Assembly: GCA_963703345.1 (NCBI GenBank)
Contig: OY969814.1
Location: 1 to 64,000, forward strand
DNA from: an uncultured Chloroflexia bacterium
GTDB lineage: Bacteria > Chloroflexota > Dehalococcoidia > DSTF01 > JALHUB01
DNA length: 64,000 bases
Direction: 5' to 3'
The position numbers were made by a program, and so were the translations under genes. Below, piece after piece: positions 38,018 through 49,275 of this stretch. The notes beneath the pieces are model-generated. The model had not been told where the DNA came from. It worked only from the letters and a program-made list of their open reading frames with translations, and did not search any database. Within the stretch, counting starts at the first letter, position 1. The number at the start of each line of letters is the position of its first letter.

Positions 38018-38740
38018 CTAACTGTAGACCACCACGCGCGTCCCTATCGTGGCGAAGCCCCAGAACCACTTAGCGTCGTCCTCCAGCATGCCCACGCAGC
38101 CGTGACTCGACGCCGTGTGCCCGAAGACGCTGATCGGCTGCCAGTAGTTGTCGTGCAGCGCAACGGTGGGGTAGAAGTACTGCGTCCAGAGGACGTCCTT
38201 GAGGTAGTAGCCCAGCGGGTCCTCGCGCGGGATGCCGATTGTCTGCGAGTCCATCGTCTCATTCTGCTTGCGGTAGTTGATCCGGTAGTCGCCCGGCTTC
38301 GTCTCGAACCCCGGCATGCCCGTGGTCACCAGCGCCACGTGCACAACCTTATCGCCGATCAGTCCGTAAGCACGCTGTGTCGACACGTCCACCGCTATCC
38401 AGTGCTCCTCCGGCCCATGGGCGATGCCGGGCGGCGCCGTCGCTGTCGGCAGCTCTTCGGCCGCGACATCGTAGGGCGAGGGCCAGGGCGTCGAGGTCGG
38501 CGCCGTCGCCGTCGCGACCCCGACCCACCACTGGAAGACGTCGTTCTGCTCCTTCTGAACGTTCGTGGTGGGTTGTGGCGAAGGCGTCGCTTCGAAGCCT
38601 TCGACGGCATCGACCGCGCCGTCGCCGGGGTCGTTCGAGCCATGGGTCCAGGGCAGGGAGAAGGCGAGCAGGGCGAGGGACAGAGGGATGAGCAGGCCGG
38701 GGACGACTAAGCGGAGGACGGTGCGACGCCTCATGGCCAT
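38018..38740 (-). CDS. L,D-transpeptidase (YkuD family)
   Basis: I.VD.S.Q, VTTG...ET.PG.Y, ALH...SHGCV. Confidence 0.9.
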   Translation of the reverse strand: MAMRRRTVLRLVVPGLLIPLSLALLAFSLPWTHGSNDPGDGAVDAVEGFEATPSPQPTTNVQKEQNDVFQWWVGVATATAPTSTPWPSPYDVAAEELPTATAPPGIAHGPEEHWIAVDVSTQRAYGLIGDKVVHVALVTTGMPGFETKPGDYRINYRKQNETMDSQTIGIPREDPLGYYLKDVLWTQYFYPTVALHDNYWQPISVFGHTASSHGCVGMLEDDAKWFWGFATIGTRVVVYS

Positions 38741-38801
38741 AACCCGATCTTTGCTAGAGCGGGCACCCTACGCGATTATATGACGGTTCGAACTGCGGCG
38801 T

Positions 38802-39266
38802 CTATCCTCTTCGCGGACGCTGCAAATCGGCGCTGTCCAGCATTATTGTTACAGGCCCGTCGTTTACCAGCTCGACCTTCATGTGCGCTCCGAAACGCCC
38901 GCTCGCCACGTGCAGGCCCGCCGCCCGCAGCGACTCCTCGAACTCCAGCACCAGCGCTTCCGCCACCTCCGGCGCCGCCGCCTCGGTGAAGCTGGGCCGC
39001 CTTCCCCGACGCGTATCGGCGAGCAGCGTGAACTGGCTGACCACCAGAGCCTCGCCGCCGCCGTCGAGGAGCGACAGATTGAAGTGGCCGTCGGCGTCCT
39101 CGAAGATGCGGAGCTCCGCCGCTTTGCGGGCCAGCCGGCGCGCTTCGTCGATGCCGTCGCCCGCAGCCACGCCCAGCAGGATGAGGCTACCGGCGCCGAT
39201 AGCGCCCACGGCCTCGCCGTCCACTTCGACGGAGGCCCTGCTGACGCGCTGGATGAGGGCCTTCAC
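38802..39266 (-). CDS. dtd: D-aminoacyl-tRNA deacylase
   Basis: [29 protein letters not shown]. Confidence 0.96.
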   Translation of the reverse strand: MKALIQRVSRASVEVDGEAVGAIGAGSLILLGVAAGDGIDEARRLARKAAELRIFEDADGHFNLSLLDGGGEALVVSQFTLLADTRRGRRPSFTEAAAPEVAEALVLEFEESLRAAGLHVASGRFGAHMKVELVNDGPVTIMLDSADLQRPRRG

Positions 39267-39275
39267 GGCGTCCCT

Positions 39276-39611
39276 CTAGCTTGCGGCGGCCGTCTCTGAC
39301 GTTTTTTCGGGGGTCTTGCTCGCCGGCTTGCTCTCGGCGACAGGAGCGGCTGCTTCGACGCTTTCGACGCTGGAGTCCTTTTCGCCGTTGCCGCCGTTAG
39401 AGCCGGCGCCGGTCGAAGAGCCAACGAGACCGCTCTTTCGGTTGTCGGTCACATAGAAGCCGCTGGTCTTGAAGAGAACGGGAGGCGCGTAAAGGACGCG
39501 TCGCGACTCGCCGCCGCAGCGGGAGCAAGCTTGGGTAGCGGGAGCGTCGAAGCCTTCGCGCGTCTCGTACTGATAGCCGCACTGAGTGCATCGATACTCG
39601 TAGGTTGGCAA
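39276..39611 (-). CDS. FmdB-family zinc ribbon protein
   Basis: MPTYEYRC..C...C..CG...FK.SGFY.TD. Confidence 0.9.
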   Translation of the reverse strand: MPTYEYRCTQCGYQYETREGFDAPATQACSRCGGESRRVLYAPPVLFKTSGFYVTDNRKSGLVGSSTGAGSNGGNGEKDSSVESVEAAAPVAESKPASKTPEKTSETAAAS

Positions 39612-39700
39612 TTCCGGGACCTCCGTGAATCCGTGGTAATTCTAATTTACTTAACTTGCGCCCAAACGGCAAGCGCCGAACGCCACGGCCGCAACGACCG

Positions 39701-39806
39701 TTGCCCGCCGTGAAGCTATGTGATATAGTGAGTGACGCTCGCCCGCGTGCCTCTAGGGGCACAAGCGGGCGGGTTATTGCAGTTGGCATTTCACTAGGCG
39801 GAGGAG
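39701..39806 (+). promoter_or_regulatory. rpsB promoter (TTGCCC-N17-TATAGT, extended -10) and structured leader
   Basis: Hairpin CGCCCGC-GTGCCTC-tag-GGGCAC-aa-GCGGGCG at 39740-39771 then GGCGGAGG; rpsB leaders are known autoregulatory sites. Confidence 0.55.
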
Positions 39807-39818
39807 ATTATTCCAGCA

Positions 39819-40679
39819 TTGCTCGCGCCCGTCAGCATGAAGTCGCTCCTCGAGGCCGGAGTTCATTTCGGCCACCAGACGCAGCGTTGGGACCCGCGCA
39901 TGCGTCCTTACATATTCATGGAGCGAAACGGCATCCACATCATCGACCTCCAGCAGACGGTCCAGTACCTGAATCGCGCCTGCGACTACGTGCGCGACCT
40001 CGTCGGCAGCGGCCAGACGATCCTTTTCTGCGGCACGAAACGCCAGGCCCAGGAGTCGGTTGAAGCCGAAGCCAAGCGCTGCATGATGCCTTATGTCAAC
40101 AATCGCTGGCTCGGCGGCACGCTCACGAACTTCGCGACAATCCAGTCGCGGATCGACCACCTCGTCCGCCTGGAGGACAACAAATCCCGCGGCGAGTTCG
40201 ACCGCCTTCCCAAGAAGGAGGTCATGAAGCTCGACAAGGAGACAGAGCGCCTCAACCGTCATTTCGGCGGCGTCAAGGAGATGACGGCCGTCCCCGGCGC
40301 CATCTTCATCGTCGACACCACCGCCGAGCGCATCGCCGTCGCCGAGGCCCAGCGCGTGGGCATCCCCATCGTCGCGATGGTCGATACGAACGGCAACCCG
40401 GACGAGATCGACTACCCGATACCTTCGAACGACGACGCCATTCGCGCCGTCCGGCTCGTCACCAGCCGCATGGCCGACGCCGTCCTCGAAGGCTTGGCGC
40501 TGCGCGAGTACACGCCGGAAGCGGCGGAGGTGCTTGCCGGCCAGACCTACAGCGTCTCGCCCGACGAGGAGGTGGCCGAGCCGGCGGAGGAAGAGGCGGA
40601 AGAGACGGGCGAGCCAAGTGAAACTACATCAGCGGAAGAACCGTCCGCTGCCACGAACGAAACGGAAGGGACCGCATAA
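39819..40679 (+). CDS. rpsB: 30S ribosomal protein S2
   Basis: [36 protein letters not shown]. Confidence 0.98.
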   Translation: MLAPVSMKSLLEAGVHFGHQTQRWDPRMRPYIFMERNGIHIIDLQQTVQYLNRACDYVRDLVGSGQTILFCGTKRQAQESVEAEAKRCMMPYVNNRWLGGTLTNFATIQSRIDHLVRLEDNKSRGEFDRLPKKEVMKLDKETERLNRHFGGVKEMTAVPGAIFIVDTTAERIAVAEAQRVGIPIVAMVDTNGNPDEIDYPIPSNDDAIRAVRLVTSRMADAVLEGLALREYTPEAAEVLAGQTYSVSPDEEVAEPAEEEAEETGEPSETTSAEEPSAATNETEGTA

Positions 40680-41183
40680 GTGGAGGTTACCGCACAAGAA
40701 GTCAAAGAGCTTCGAGAGATGACCGGCGCCGGCGTCATGGACTGCAAGCGCGCACTCCAGGAAGCCGGCGGCGATAAAGCCAAGGCCGCGGAGATACTGC
40801 GCAAGCGCGGCCTCAGCGCGGCGGAAAAGAAATCGCACCGGACGACGGAGCAGGGACTCGTGGAGTGCTACATCCATGCCGGCGGCCGCATCGGCGCCAT
40901 GGTCGAGGTGAACTGCGAAACGGACTTCGTCGCGCGAACACCCGACTTCAAGGCGCTGGCCCGTGACCTGGCGATGCAGGTCGCCGCGACCGGCCCGCTC
41001 TGCGTCGCCGAGGAAGAGCTTCCCGCCGGCGCCCCGGGCGACCCAAAAGAGCTGTGCCTGCTGCGTCAGGATTATATCCGCGATCCTTCGCGCACCGTTC
41101 TCGACATCGTCAACGACGTGATCGCCAAGACCGGCGAGAACGTCAGAGTCCGTCGTTTCGCGAGATTCGAGCTGGGCAGCTAG
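40680..41183 (+). CDS. tsf: Elongation factor Ts (short form)
   Basis: VKELR..TGAG.MDCK.AL, EVNCETDFVA, GEN..VRRF.RF. Confidence 0.97.
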   Translation: MEVTAQEVKELREMTGAGVMDCKRALQEAGGDKAKAAEILRKRGLSAAEKKSHRTTEQGLVECYIHAGGRIGAMVEVNCETDFVARTPDFKALARDLAMQVAATGPLCVAEEELPAGAPGDPKELCLLRQDYIRDPSRTVLDIVNDVIAKTGENVRVRRFARFELGS

Positions 41184-41192
41184 GGCCACGCC

Positions 41193-41948
41193 ATGGCCGA
41201 AAGTGGCAAACGGGTCCTCCTCAAGATAAGCGGGGAGGCGCTTGCCGACGAACAGCGCTTCGGGATTGACGCTGCCACCCTCACCAAGATCGCCTCTCAA
41301 ATCAAGGCCGCCCAGGCAAACAACACGCAGATAGGGATCGTCGTCGGCGCCGGCAACATCATACGCGGCAGCGCCATCGGCGGCGAACGCGGCCTCGAGC
41401 GCGTGACCGCCGACTACGCCGGCATGCTCGCGACGATCATTAACTCCCTGGCGCTCCAAAGCGCCCTCGAACGCGAAGGCGTCGACGTCTGCGTCCATTC
41501 CGCCATCGCGGTCCAGGGGGTCGTCGAACCGTTTGCCTGTCGTCGCGCGATTGAGCATTTGGAGGAAGGCGGCGTCGTCATCTTCGCCGGCGGCACCGGC
41601 AACCCTTACTTCACTACCGACACCGCCGCCGCTCTGCGCGCGGTCGAAATCGGCGCCGATCTGGTGCTGATGGCAAAGAACAAGGTCGACGGCGTCTACG
41701 AAGGCAACCCGCGCAAGATGCCGGGCGTGCGTCGCTTCGAGAGGCTGAGCTACCAGGAAGCCCTTGACCGGCGCCTGGAGGTGATGGACAGTACGGCCGT
41801 CACCCTCTGCATGGTCCACCACCTGCCGATAGTCGTCTTCGACCTGATGGCGCCCGACGGAATCGTCCGCGCCGTCCGCGGCGAGCGTATCGGCACGCTC
41901 ATCGCCGACACCAAGACGGTGTACGCCGACGCCGGGGTCGCCGAGTAA
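41193..41948 (+). CDS. pyrH: UMP kinase
   Basis: RVLLKISGEAL, G.GN..RG, D..GMLAT..N, GNPYFTTD. Confidence 0.97.
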   Translation: MAESGKRVLLKISGEALADEQRFGIDAATLTKIASQIKAAQANNTQIGIVVGAGNIIRGSAIGGERGLERVTADYAGMLATIINSLALQSALEREGVDVCVHSAIAVQGVVEPFACRRAIEHLEEGGVVIFAGGTGNPYFTTDTAAALRAVEIGADLVLMAKNKVDGVYEGNPRKMPGVRRFERLSYQEALDRRLEVMDSTAVTLCMVHHLPIVVFDLMAPDGIVRAVRGERIGTLIADTKTVYADAGVAE

Positions 41949-41979
41949 CGCCGACGCTTGTTCTGGGAGGAGCTACCGC

Positions 41980-42537
41980 ATGATCGACGAGACGATAGAG
42001 AACGCAGAAAGACGCATGAAGAGCGCCGTGTCCGTCCTCCAGCGGGAGCTCGACGGCATACGCAGCGGCCGCGCCCGTCCGGGTCTGGTCGAAGGGCTGA
42101 AGGTGGAAGTGTACGGCAGCACGCTCCCCTTGAACCAACTGGCGACAATCGCCGTCCCCGAAGCGCGCCTCATCACCATCCAGCCCTGGGACCGGCAGTC
42201 GCTCGGCGCGATCGAAAAAGCGATTCAGAAGTCCGACCTGGGCCTGAACCCGACCAACGACGGCCACACGATTCGACTCGCCGTGCCGCAGCTCACGGAG
42301 GAGCGGCGCAAAGACCTGGTGAAGATCGTCCACAAGAAAGTGGAGGAGGGCCGCGTCGCCGTCCGCAACGTGCGACGCCACTCCGTCGACGAGCTGCGCG
42401 CGCTGGACAAGGACAAGGAGATCTCAGACGACGAGGAGAAGCGGGCGGCAGAGCAACTTCAGAAGCTGACCGACCGTTATGTCGAGGAGATCGACAAGCT
42501 CGGCAGGGAGAAGGAAGCGGAGCTGCTGGAGGTCTAG
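41980..42537 (+). CDS. frr: Ribosome recycling factor
   Basis: IR.GRA.P, PL.Q.A.I, SDLGLNP..DG, P.LTEERRK.LVK, RN.RR. Confidence 0.98.
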   Translation: MIDETIENAERRMKSAVSVLQRELDGIRSGRARPGLVEGLKVEVYGSTLPLNQLATIAVPEARLITIQPWDRQSLGAIEKAIQKSDLGLNPTNDGHTIRLAVPQLTEERRKDLVKIVHKKVEEGRVAVRNVRRHSVDELRALDKDKEISDDEEKRAAEQLQKLTDRYVEEIDKLGREKEAELLEV

Positions 42538-42540
42538 AGG

Positions 42541-43266
42541 ACGTCGAAGAATTCCGTTGCCAACGACGACTCACGGCTCCCCACCCGCATCGCCATCATC
42601 ATGGATGGCAACGGCCGCTGGGCGAAGGAGCGCGGCCTCTCTCGCCAGGCCGGGCACCGCGCCGGCACGGAGAACATCCGCCGCATCATCCGCTACCTCG
42701 GCGAGCGCGGCGTCTCCTACCTGACGCTCTACGCCTTCTCAACCGAGAACTGGTCGCGGCCGGGACCCGAGGTGCGCGCTCTCATGCAGCTCGTCGGGCG
42801 CGTCATCAAGCGCGAGATCAAGGAGCTGCATGAGCGCGGCGTCAGGCTGCGGCATCTTGGCCGCCTCGACAATCTGTCGCCGTCACTTCGCCGCCAGGTC
42901 GTCGACGCCCTTGAGCTGACGAAGGACAACAAGGGAATGACGGTCGCAATCGCCTTCGACTACGGCGGCCGGGCGGAAATCGTCGATGCCGTCCGCCGCA
43001 TCATCGCCGACGGCCTGACGCCGGACAGGGTCGGCGAAGATGTCATGTCATCGTACCTCTACACCGCGGGGATGCCAGACCCCGATCTCGTCATTCGCAC
43101 CGCCGGCGAGATGAGGCTGTCCAACTTCCTCATTTGGCAGGCCGCCTACGCCGAGTACTATTCGACGCTGACCTATTGGCCGGATTTCGGGCCGGAGCAA
43201 CTGGAAGAGGCGCTGCAGGCCTACGCGCGACGGGAGCGTCGCTTCGGCGGGCTGGGCGCCGACTAA
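42541..43266 (+). CDS. uppS: Polyprenyl diphosphate synthase (start uncertain, possibly ACG 42541)
   Basis: LPTRIAIIMDGNGRWA, YAFSTENW.RP, YGGR.EI, DPDL.IRT.GE.RLSNF, RRFGG. Confidence 0.95.
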   Translation, partial: TSKNSVANDDSRLPTRIAIIMDGNGRWAKERGLSRQAGHRAGTENIRRIIRYLGERGVSYLTLYAFSTENWSRPGPEVRALMQLVGRVIKREIKELHERGVRLRHLGRLDNLSPSLRRQVVDALELTKDNKGMTVAIAFDYGGRAEIVDAVRRIIADGLTPDRVGEDVMSSYLYTAGMPDPDLVIRTAGEMRLSNFLIWQAAYAEYYSTLTYWPDFGPEQLEEALQAYARRERRFGGLGAD

Positions 43267-43276
43267 CGGGAGAGGC

Positions 43277-44104
43277 ATGCGAAGACCAGGGCGGGACACC
43301 GGAAAGGGATGGAGCAGCCTGGAGCTGCGCGTCGCCAGCGCGGCTGTCGGCATCCCGCTTATCGTTCTCCTCGTCTGGGCAGGCGCCCGCTGGTATACCG
43401 GCGTCGTCGCGGCGTTGCTGATTGCCGCCACGCTGGAGTTCCAGGCGGCGCGCGGCTCTCGCCTCGACGGTCTGGCGCTCCTCGGCGCCGCTCTATCGGG
43501 AAGCCTGGCCGTCGCCGCCCACGCCGGCAACAACTGGCTCGTCTGGGCGATGACGGGCGTCGTCGTGCTGCCGCTGCTTTGGGCGATGACCGTCCGCCCC
43601 ATCGAGGACGCCCTCTCCGAGTGGCTCTGGACCGTCGGCGGCGTGCTCTACCTCGGCTGGCTGGGCTGCCACCTCGTCCTGCTGCGCGACGTCGGCGACG
43701 GCCGCGACTGGGTTTTCCTGGCGCTCTTCTCCACCTTTGCCACCGACACCGCCGCCTACTTCGTCGGCAGGGCCGTCGGCCGCACGCCGCTGGCGCCGGC
43801 GATAAGCCCGGGCAAGACGGCAGAGGGCGCCGTCGGCGGCTTCGTCTTCGGCGTCGCCGCGGTGCTGCTGCTGAACTACCTGCTCGGCCTGCGTGTCGAA
43901 GCCTCGCAGATCGTCCCTCTCGCCTTCCTGCTGCCGGTCGTCGCTCAGCTCGGCGACCTCATCGAGTCGAAGCTGAAACGCGGCATGCAGGTCAAGGACG
44001 CCGGCCGTCTCATCCCCGGCCACGGCGGCCTCATGGACCGCTTCGACAGCGTGCTCCTCGTAACCGTGGTGGTATACTACTATTTGAAGTGGGTGATTCT
44101 GTAA
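43277..44104 (+). CDS. cdsA: Phosphatidate cytidylyltransferase
   Basis: DT.AYF.G, ISPGKT.EG, GDL.ES..KR...VKD.G..IPGHGG.MDRFDS. Confidence 0.95.
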   Translation: MRRPGRDTGKGWSSLELRVASAAVGIPLIVLLVWAGARWYTGVVAALLIAATLEFQAARGSRLDGLALLGAALSGSLAVAAHAGNNWLVWAMTGVVVLPLLWAMTVRPIEDALSEWLWTVGGVLYLGWLGCHLVLLRDVGDGRDWVFLALFSTFATDTAAYFVGRAVGRTPLAPAISPGKTAEGAVGGFVFGVAAVLLLNYLLGLRVEASQIVPLAFLLPVVAQLGDLIESKLKRGMQVKDAGRLIPGHGGLMDRFDSVLLVTVVVYYYLKWVIL

Positions 44105-45243
44105 GCCGTATCGCCATCCTCGGTTCCACCGGCTCCATCGGGCGTCAGACACTCGACGTGGTGCGCGGACTCCGGCAGCGTTTCCGTGTCATTGGACTCT
44201 GTGCCGGGCGCAACGTCACCCTCCTCGAAGAGCAGGCGCACGAATTCTCGCCGCGACTTGTTTGTTGCGACGGAAACGGATCGACACCTGACGGCGTTAT
44301 ACCTTTCGACGGTTTCGAATGCGCTCCAATGGAAGCCATCGCCGCCGATCCGGAAGTCGACCTCGTCGTCATCGCGACTGCCGGCAAGGCGGGCCTCATC
44401 CCGACGCTGAAGGCGCTGGAGGCGGGCAAGACCGTCGCCCTGGCCAACAAAGAAGTGCTCGTCATGGCGGGCCGGCTGGTGAAGGAAGCAGCCCGTCGCG
44501 GTCACGGCGAGATCCGGCCGATCGACAGCGAGCACAGCGCCATCTGGCAGGTAATGCGCGGCGAGAAGAACGCCAACATCCGGCGGCTGATTCTCACCGC
44601 ATCGGGAGGCGCGTTGCGGGACAAGAGCATCGATGAGCTCCACCGCGTGACGCCGGAGCAGGCGCTCTCCCACCCGACCTGGCAGATGGGGCGCAAGGTG
44701 ACAATCGATTCCGCGACGCTCCTCAACAAGGGGCTCGAAGCAATCGAAGCGCGCTGGCTCTTCGACGTGCCGCTGGACAGGATCGAGATAGTGCTGCACC
44801 GGGAAAGCATCGTCCACTCCGTCGTCGAGTTCTCCGACGGGTCGCTGAAGGCCCAGCTCGGCACACCCGACATGCGCGTGCCCATTCAGGTCGCGCTCTG
44901 CTATCCCGACCGGCCGCACCTGCCGTCCGTCCCACGCCTGGACCTGCGACAGCTTGGAGCGCTTCATTTCGCGGAGCTCAAGCTCGACCGCTACCCCTGC
45001 CTGTCGCTGGCCCTCGAGGCCGGGCATCGCGGCGGCACCTACCCAACCGTTCTCTCCGCTGCCGACGAGGTCGCCGTCGAGGGCTTCCTCAGCGGCCGAA
45101 TAGGCTTCACGCGGATCCCGGAGATCATCGATGAGACGTTAAACGCCCACGAAGGCGGCTCCGACGAGAGCCTGGACGAGATCCTTTCAGCCGATGCCTG
45201 GGCGCGCGAATATGCCGAGATTCTTGTAGGAGCGAAAGCGTGA
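44089..45243 (+). CDS. dxr: 1-deoxy-D-xylulose-5-phosphate reductoisomerase
   Basis: ILGSTGSIG.QTL, LANKE, PIDSEHSAI.Q, LTASGG, HP.W.MG.K.TIDSAT..NKGLE; likely GTG start 44089. Confidence 0.96.
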   Translation: MGDSVSRIAILGSTGSIGRQTLDVVRGLRQRFRVIGLCAGRNVTLLEEQAHEFSPRLVCCDGNGSTPDGVIPFDGFECAPMEAIAADPEVDLVVIATAGKAGLIPTLKALEAGKTVALANKEVLVMAGRLVKEAARRGHGEIRPIDSEHSAIWQVMRGEKNANIRRLILTASGGALRDKSIDELHRVTPEQALSHPTWQMGRKVTIDSATLLNKGLEAIEARWLFDVPLDRIEIVLHRESIVHSVVEFSDGSLKAQLGTPDMRVPIQVALCYPDRPHLPSVPRLDLRQLGALHFAELKLDRYPCLSLALEAGHRGGTYPTVLSAADEVAVEGFLSGRIGFTRIPEIIDETLNAHEGGSDESLDEILSADAWAREYAEILVGAKA

Positions 45244-46303
45244 CCGGTCTCCTTCAGTCCCTGCTGCCTTTCCTCGGAATAATCATCGTTCTCGTGCTCG
45301 TCCACGAGTCGGGGCACTTCATCGCCGCGAAGCTCTCCGGCGTGCGGGTGCTGGAGTTCGGCGTCGGCTTTCCGCCGCGCATCGGCGCTTTCAAGTTCCA
45401 CGACACGGAATACTCGCTTAACGCGCTTCCTCTGGGCGGCTTCGTGCGTATGTTCGGCGAAGAGGACCCGTCGGAGCCGGGCTCCCTCGCCTCCAGACCG
45501 AGACACCTGCGACTCTTCGTCCTCAGCGCCGGCGCGCTCTGCAACTTCCTATTCGCTATTCTCCTCTTCAGCGCCAGCTTCATAATCCCGCGACAAGTTC
45601 CGGTCGGACGCGCCCTCATCACCGAGGTCCTGCCCGGCTCGCCCGCCGCGGCCGCCGGCCTGCAGAGCAACGACGTCATTTACAGCATCGACGGCCGCAA
45701 CGTTCAGAACGTCCCCGACGCCAGCTACAACATCCGTCTTCACCTGGGCGAGACGATAAAGATGACGGTCAAGCGCGGCACTGAGTTCGTCGACGTGAAC
45801 GTGAAGGCGCGCTGGGCGCCGCCGTCCGGGCAAGGGCCCACCGGCATCAGCATCTCTTCTCAATACCCCTTCACCGAAACGCAGTCCTACGCCCCCTGGA
45901 CAGCGCTGGGCCTCGGAACACGCGAGACGTTCGATTCACTGAAGCTGGCCCGCAACGAGGTCATCTCCTGGGTCAAGGGCGCCACTGCGCCCCAGGTCAG
46001 CGGACCGGTAGGAATCGTCCAGGCGACGGGTGAGGTCGTCAAGGAGGCAGGCTGGAAGTCGCTCATCGACTTCATGGGCCTCCTCAGCATCAACCTGGCG
46101 GTGATCAACATCCTGCCGTTCCCCTTCCTGGATGGCGGGCGCATCGTCTTCGTCCTGGTCGAGCTGCTGCGGCGCGGCCGGCGCATCGCTCCGCAGAAGG
46201 AGGCGCTGGTGCACCTGGCCGGGCTGGCTGTTCTCCTGACGTTCGTTGTAGTAATAAGCTACTTCGACATCGCCCGGCTCGTCCGCGGCGAAAACATCTT
46301 CCG

Positions 46304-46307
<4 letters not shown>
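45240..46307 (+). CDS. rseP: Site-2 (M50) membrane metalloprotease with PDZ domain
   Basis: HESGHF, PLGGFV.M.GE, PDZ, NILP.P.LDGG. Confidence 0.92.
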
Positions 46308-47386
<1,079 letters not shown>

Positions 47387-47398
47387 CGGGGGCGCTGC

Positions 47399-47689
47399 GT
47401 GAACTTCGACGTCATCGCTCTAACCGTCCTCTGCCTGATCTGGGCGGCGTTCGGCGTCATCCCCTGGCTCGTCGTCGCCTATCGACGCAAAGGACGCGGC
47501 ACGCTGGCGCTGCTTCCGTTAGCGAGTGTCGGCGGTGTCGGCGGCGCTGCGCTGGTGCCGGCGCTCGGCGCGCGAAACCTCCCCGCCGTGTTCGGCAGCC
47601 TCGTCGCCGCCATGGCCGGCGGCCTGGCGCTGATGGTCGTCGGGCCGTACGTCACGCGGGCAGTCCGACGACGGGTGGCATCGTCGTAG
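47399..47689 (+). CDS. Small membrane protein
   Basis: Three hydrophobic helices, basic tail, directly after ispG. Confidence 0.6.
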   Translation: MNFDVIALTVLCLIWAAFGVIPWLVVAYRRKGRGTLALLPLASVGGVGGAALVPALGARNLPAVFGSLVAAMAGGLALMVVGPYVTRAVRRRVASS

Positions 47690-47699
47690 GAGTTCCGGT

Positions 47700-47720
47700 C
47701 TGAGGGTTTGAAACCCTCAG
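47700..47720. repeat. REP-like palindrome CTGAGGGTTT-G-AAACCCTCAG
   Basis: Near-identical to 37969-37989. Confidence 0.6.
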
Positions 47721-47804
47721 CTTCCCTCTCACCCCTCCCAGCAGAAGGCTGCGCCTGCATGCTGGCGGGGAGGAGAATGTAGGTCGGCACAGCGGGGGGC
47801 TGTG

Positions 47805-49067
47805 CTATAGAGAGAAGTCGAGTTGCTCTGCGGCGCTCTCTATCATGAGGATGTACGGTCGCATCAGCGGGTTTCGGAAGCCGTACCGGTATAGCCCTCG
47901 CGAACCCCTTCTCCGCAGAACAGCACCCTTCTGATCAGTCAGCAACTCGCCGAGGGCGACGTTGAGGAAGCCTAGATCCTTGAGTGGATCAATGTGAAAC
48001 CGGCGCCGATATAGGTCCCGCACCTCTGCCGTCGAGAAGTCTCGTTCCTTCGCATGCGCCAGCGCTTGCATGATGTGCTGCCTCGGCCGTACGTTGCCTG
48101 ACCGTTCAATAGCTAGCTCTACACTCCTCTTAAACTCCTCCCGAAACTCCGACACCGCAGACTTCACGGCGGAAAACACGTCGTCAGCGATGACTTCGTC
48201 TCGCTGTGCCCGCTTCGCCAAGCGAGCCGCGTGCAATGCAAGCAGATGCAAGACATATGGGAAACCGTCCGAGAGCTCGACTATGCGGTCCACCTCGCGA
48301 CTGTCAACGGCCAGACCTAGAATTGCCATTCCAGTGTTGAGTATGAACTTGAGTTCCTTGGGGGGCATCCGGGTCACCTCGAAGTCAACTGTACGTCTTG
48401 ACGCGGCGGAGGACATGCTCAGGAGGTCCGCCGCCGTGTCGGCTATGCCCGCAATGATGACTTTGACGTTGGTCGTTTCCTCAGCCCTATCCGAAACGAA
48501 ACCAATGAACTGTGTTACTTTGTCTTTGACGTCCGGTTCAGCGACGTTTTCGAAGTTGTCAAAGAAAATGATGTTTCTCCCGGCCTCGATCAGCTTCTCG
48601 AACAACGCGTCGATCAGCGGCCTCTGGACTACTTGGAATTCGCGTGTTTCTGCAGTCCCTTTTTCGGTTCGCAAACTCCCCTTCAGAAACGCAAGCATAC
48701 CCAACCCGCCCCCGCCAGAAACCTCGCCGCTCCCAGAGTGCGTGGTCGACACCTCGATACGGAGTTCCTGAATCTCAGCGATCGCTGCAAACGCGTCGGA
48801 TAGCAAATCATTGAACGATTTTCCACTGAAGCACTCGATGCGGGCTACACTCAGGTCCATCTCGTGAGCAACGTGAAGCACCAGACTGGTCTTACCGACG
48901 CCTGTGTCGCCGTACAGCATGATTTGGCTGCCCGGCTCGCGCAGAGCATCCTCGAACCGCTGTTGAAGCCTGCCCTCGTCCCGCCTGGCGAACATCTCGC
49001 GGCTGACAGGCGCACGGGGGGTAAAGATGCTCTCCGGAACAGGATTTCGTGGCTTATCGACGGTCAT
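47805..49067 (-). CDS. Solitary AAA+/STAND-like P-loop ATPase with probable C-terminal winged helix
   Basis: FTP..PV...F..R, Walker A YGDTGVGKTS, Walker B IFFDNFE, SDGFPY..HLL, Y.F.NPL..PY. Confidence 0.8.
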   Translation of the reverse strand: MTVDKPRNPVPESIFTPRAPVSREMFARRDEGRLQQRFEDALREPGSQIMLYGDTGVGKTSLVLHVAHEMDLSVARIECFSGKSFNDLLSDAFAAIAEIQELRIEVSTTHSGSGEVSGGGGLGMLAFLKGSLRTEKGTAETREFQVVQRPLIDALFEKLIEAGRNIIFFDNFENVAEPDVKDKVTQFIGFVSDRAEETTNVKVIIAGIADTAADLLSMSSAASRRTVDFEVTRMPPKELKFILNTGMAILGLAVDSREVDRIVELSDGFPYVLHLLALHAARLAKRAQRDEVIADDVFSAVKSAVSEFREEFKRSVELAIERSGNVRPRQHIMQALAHAKERDFSTAEVRDLYRRRFHIDPLKDLGFLNVALGELLTDQKGAVLRRRGSRGLYRYGFRNPLMRPYILMIESAAEQLDFSL

Positions 49068-49275
49068 CGCATTCCCCTTGCCACTTCGGCCGAAAGTAAT
49101 GGGACCCTTGGTTGTCGCCTCGGGGCTGAGCTAGTCCGAATAATACGCCGCGTTCCAGGGCGCGGCAAGGGCGCAGACGGGCCACGCCTGGATCCGCGAA
49201 GGGCCTCATCCTTGACCGGGCCGCCTCCCTCCTCTATCCTCGCCTCTGAACCCATCTTCCGACCCAGGAGACCGC

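Noticed and set aside
40680-41183. EF-Ts seemingly truncated at 167 aa
   Set aside because: Short EF-Ts forms are known in several phyla; both termini look intact.
43309-44088. 260-aa N-terminal extension of Dxr
   Set aside because: Alternative-frame read of cdsA; similar false extensions affect nadC, the aminotransferase and the 61583 acyltransferase.
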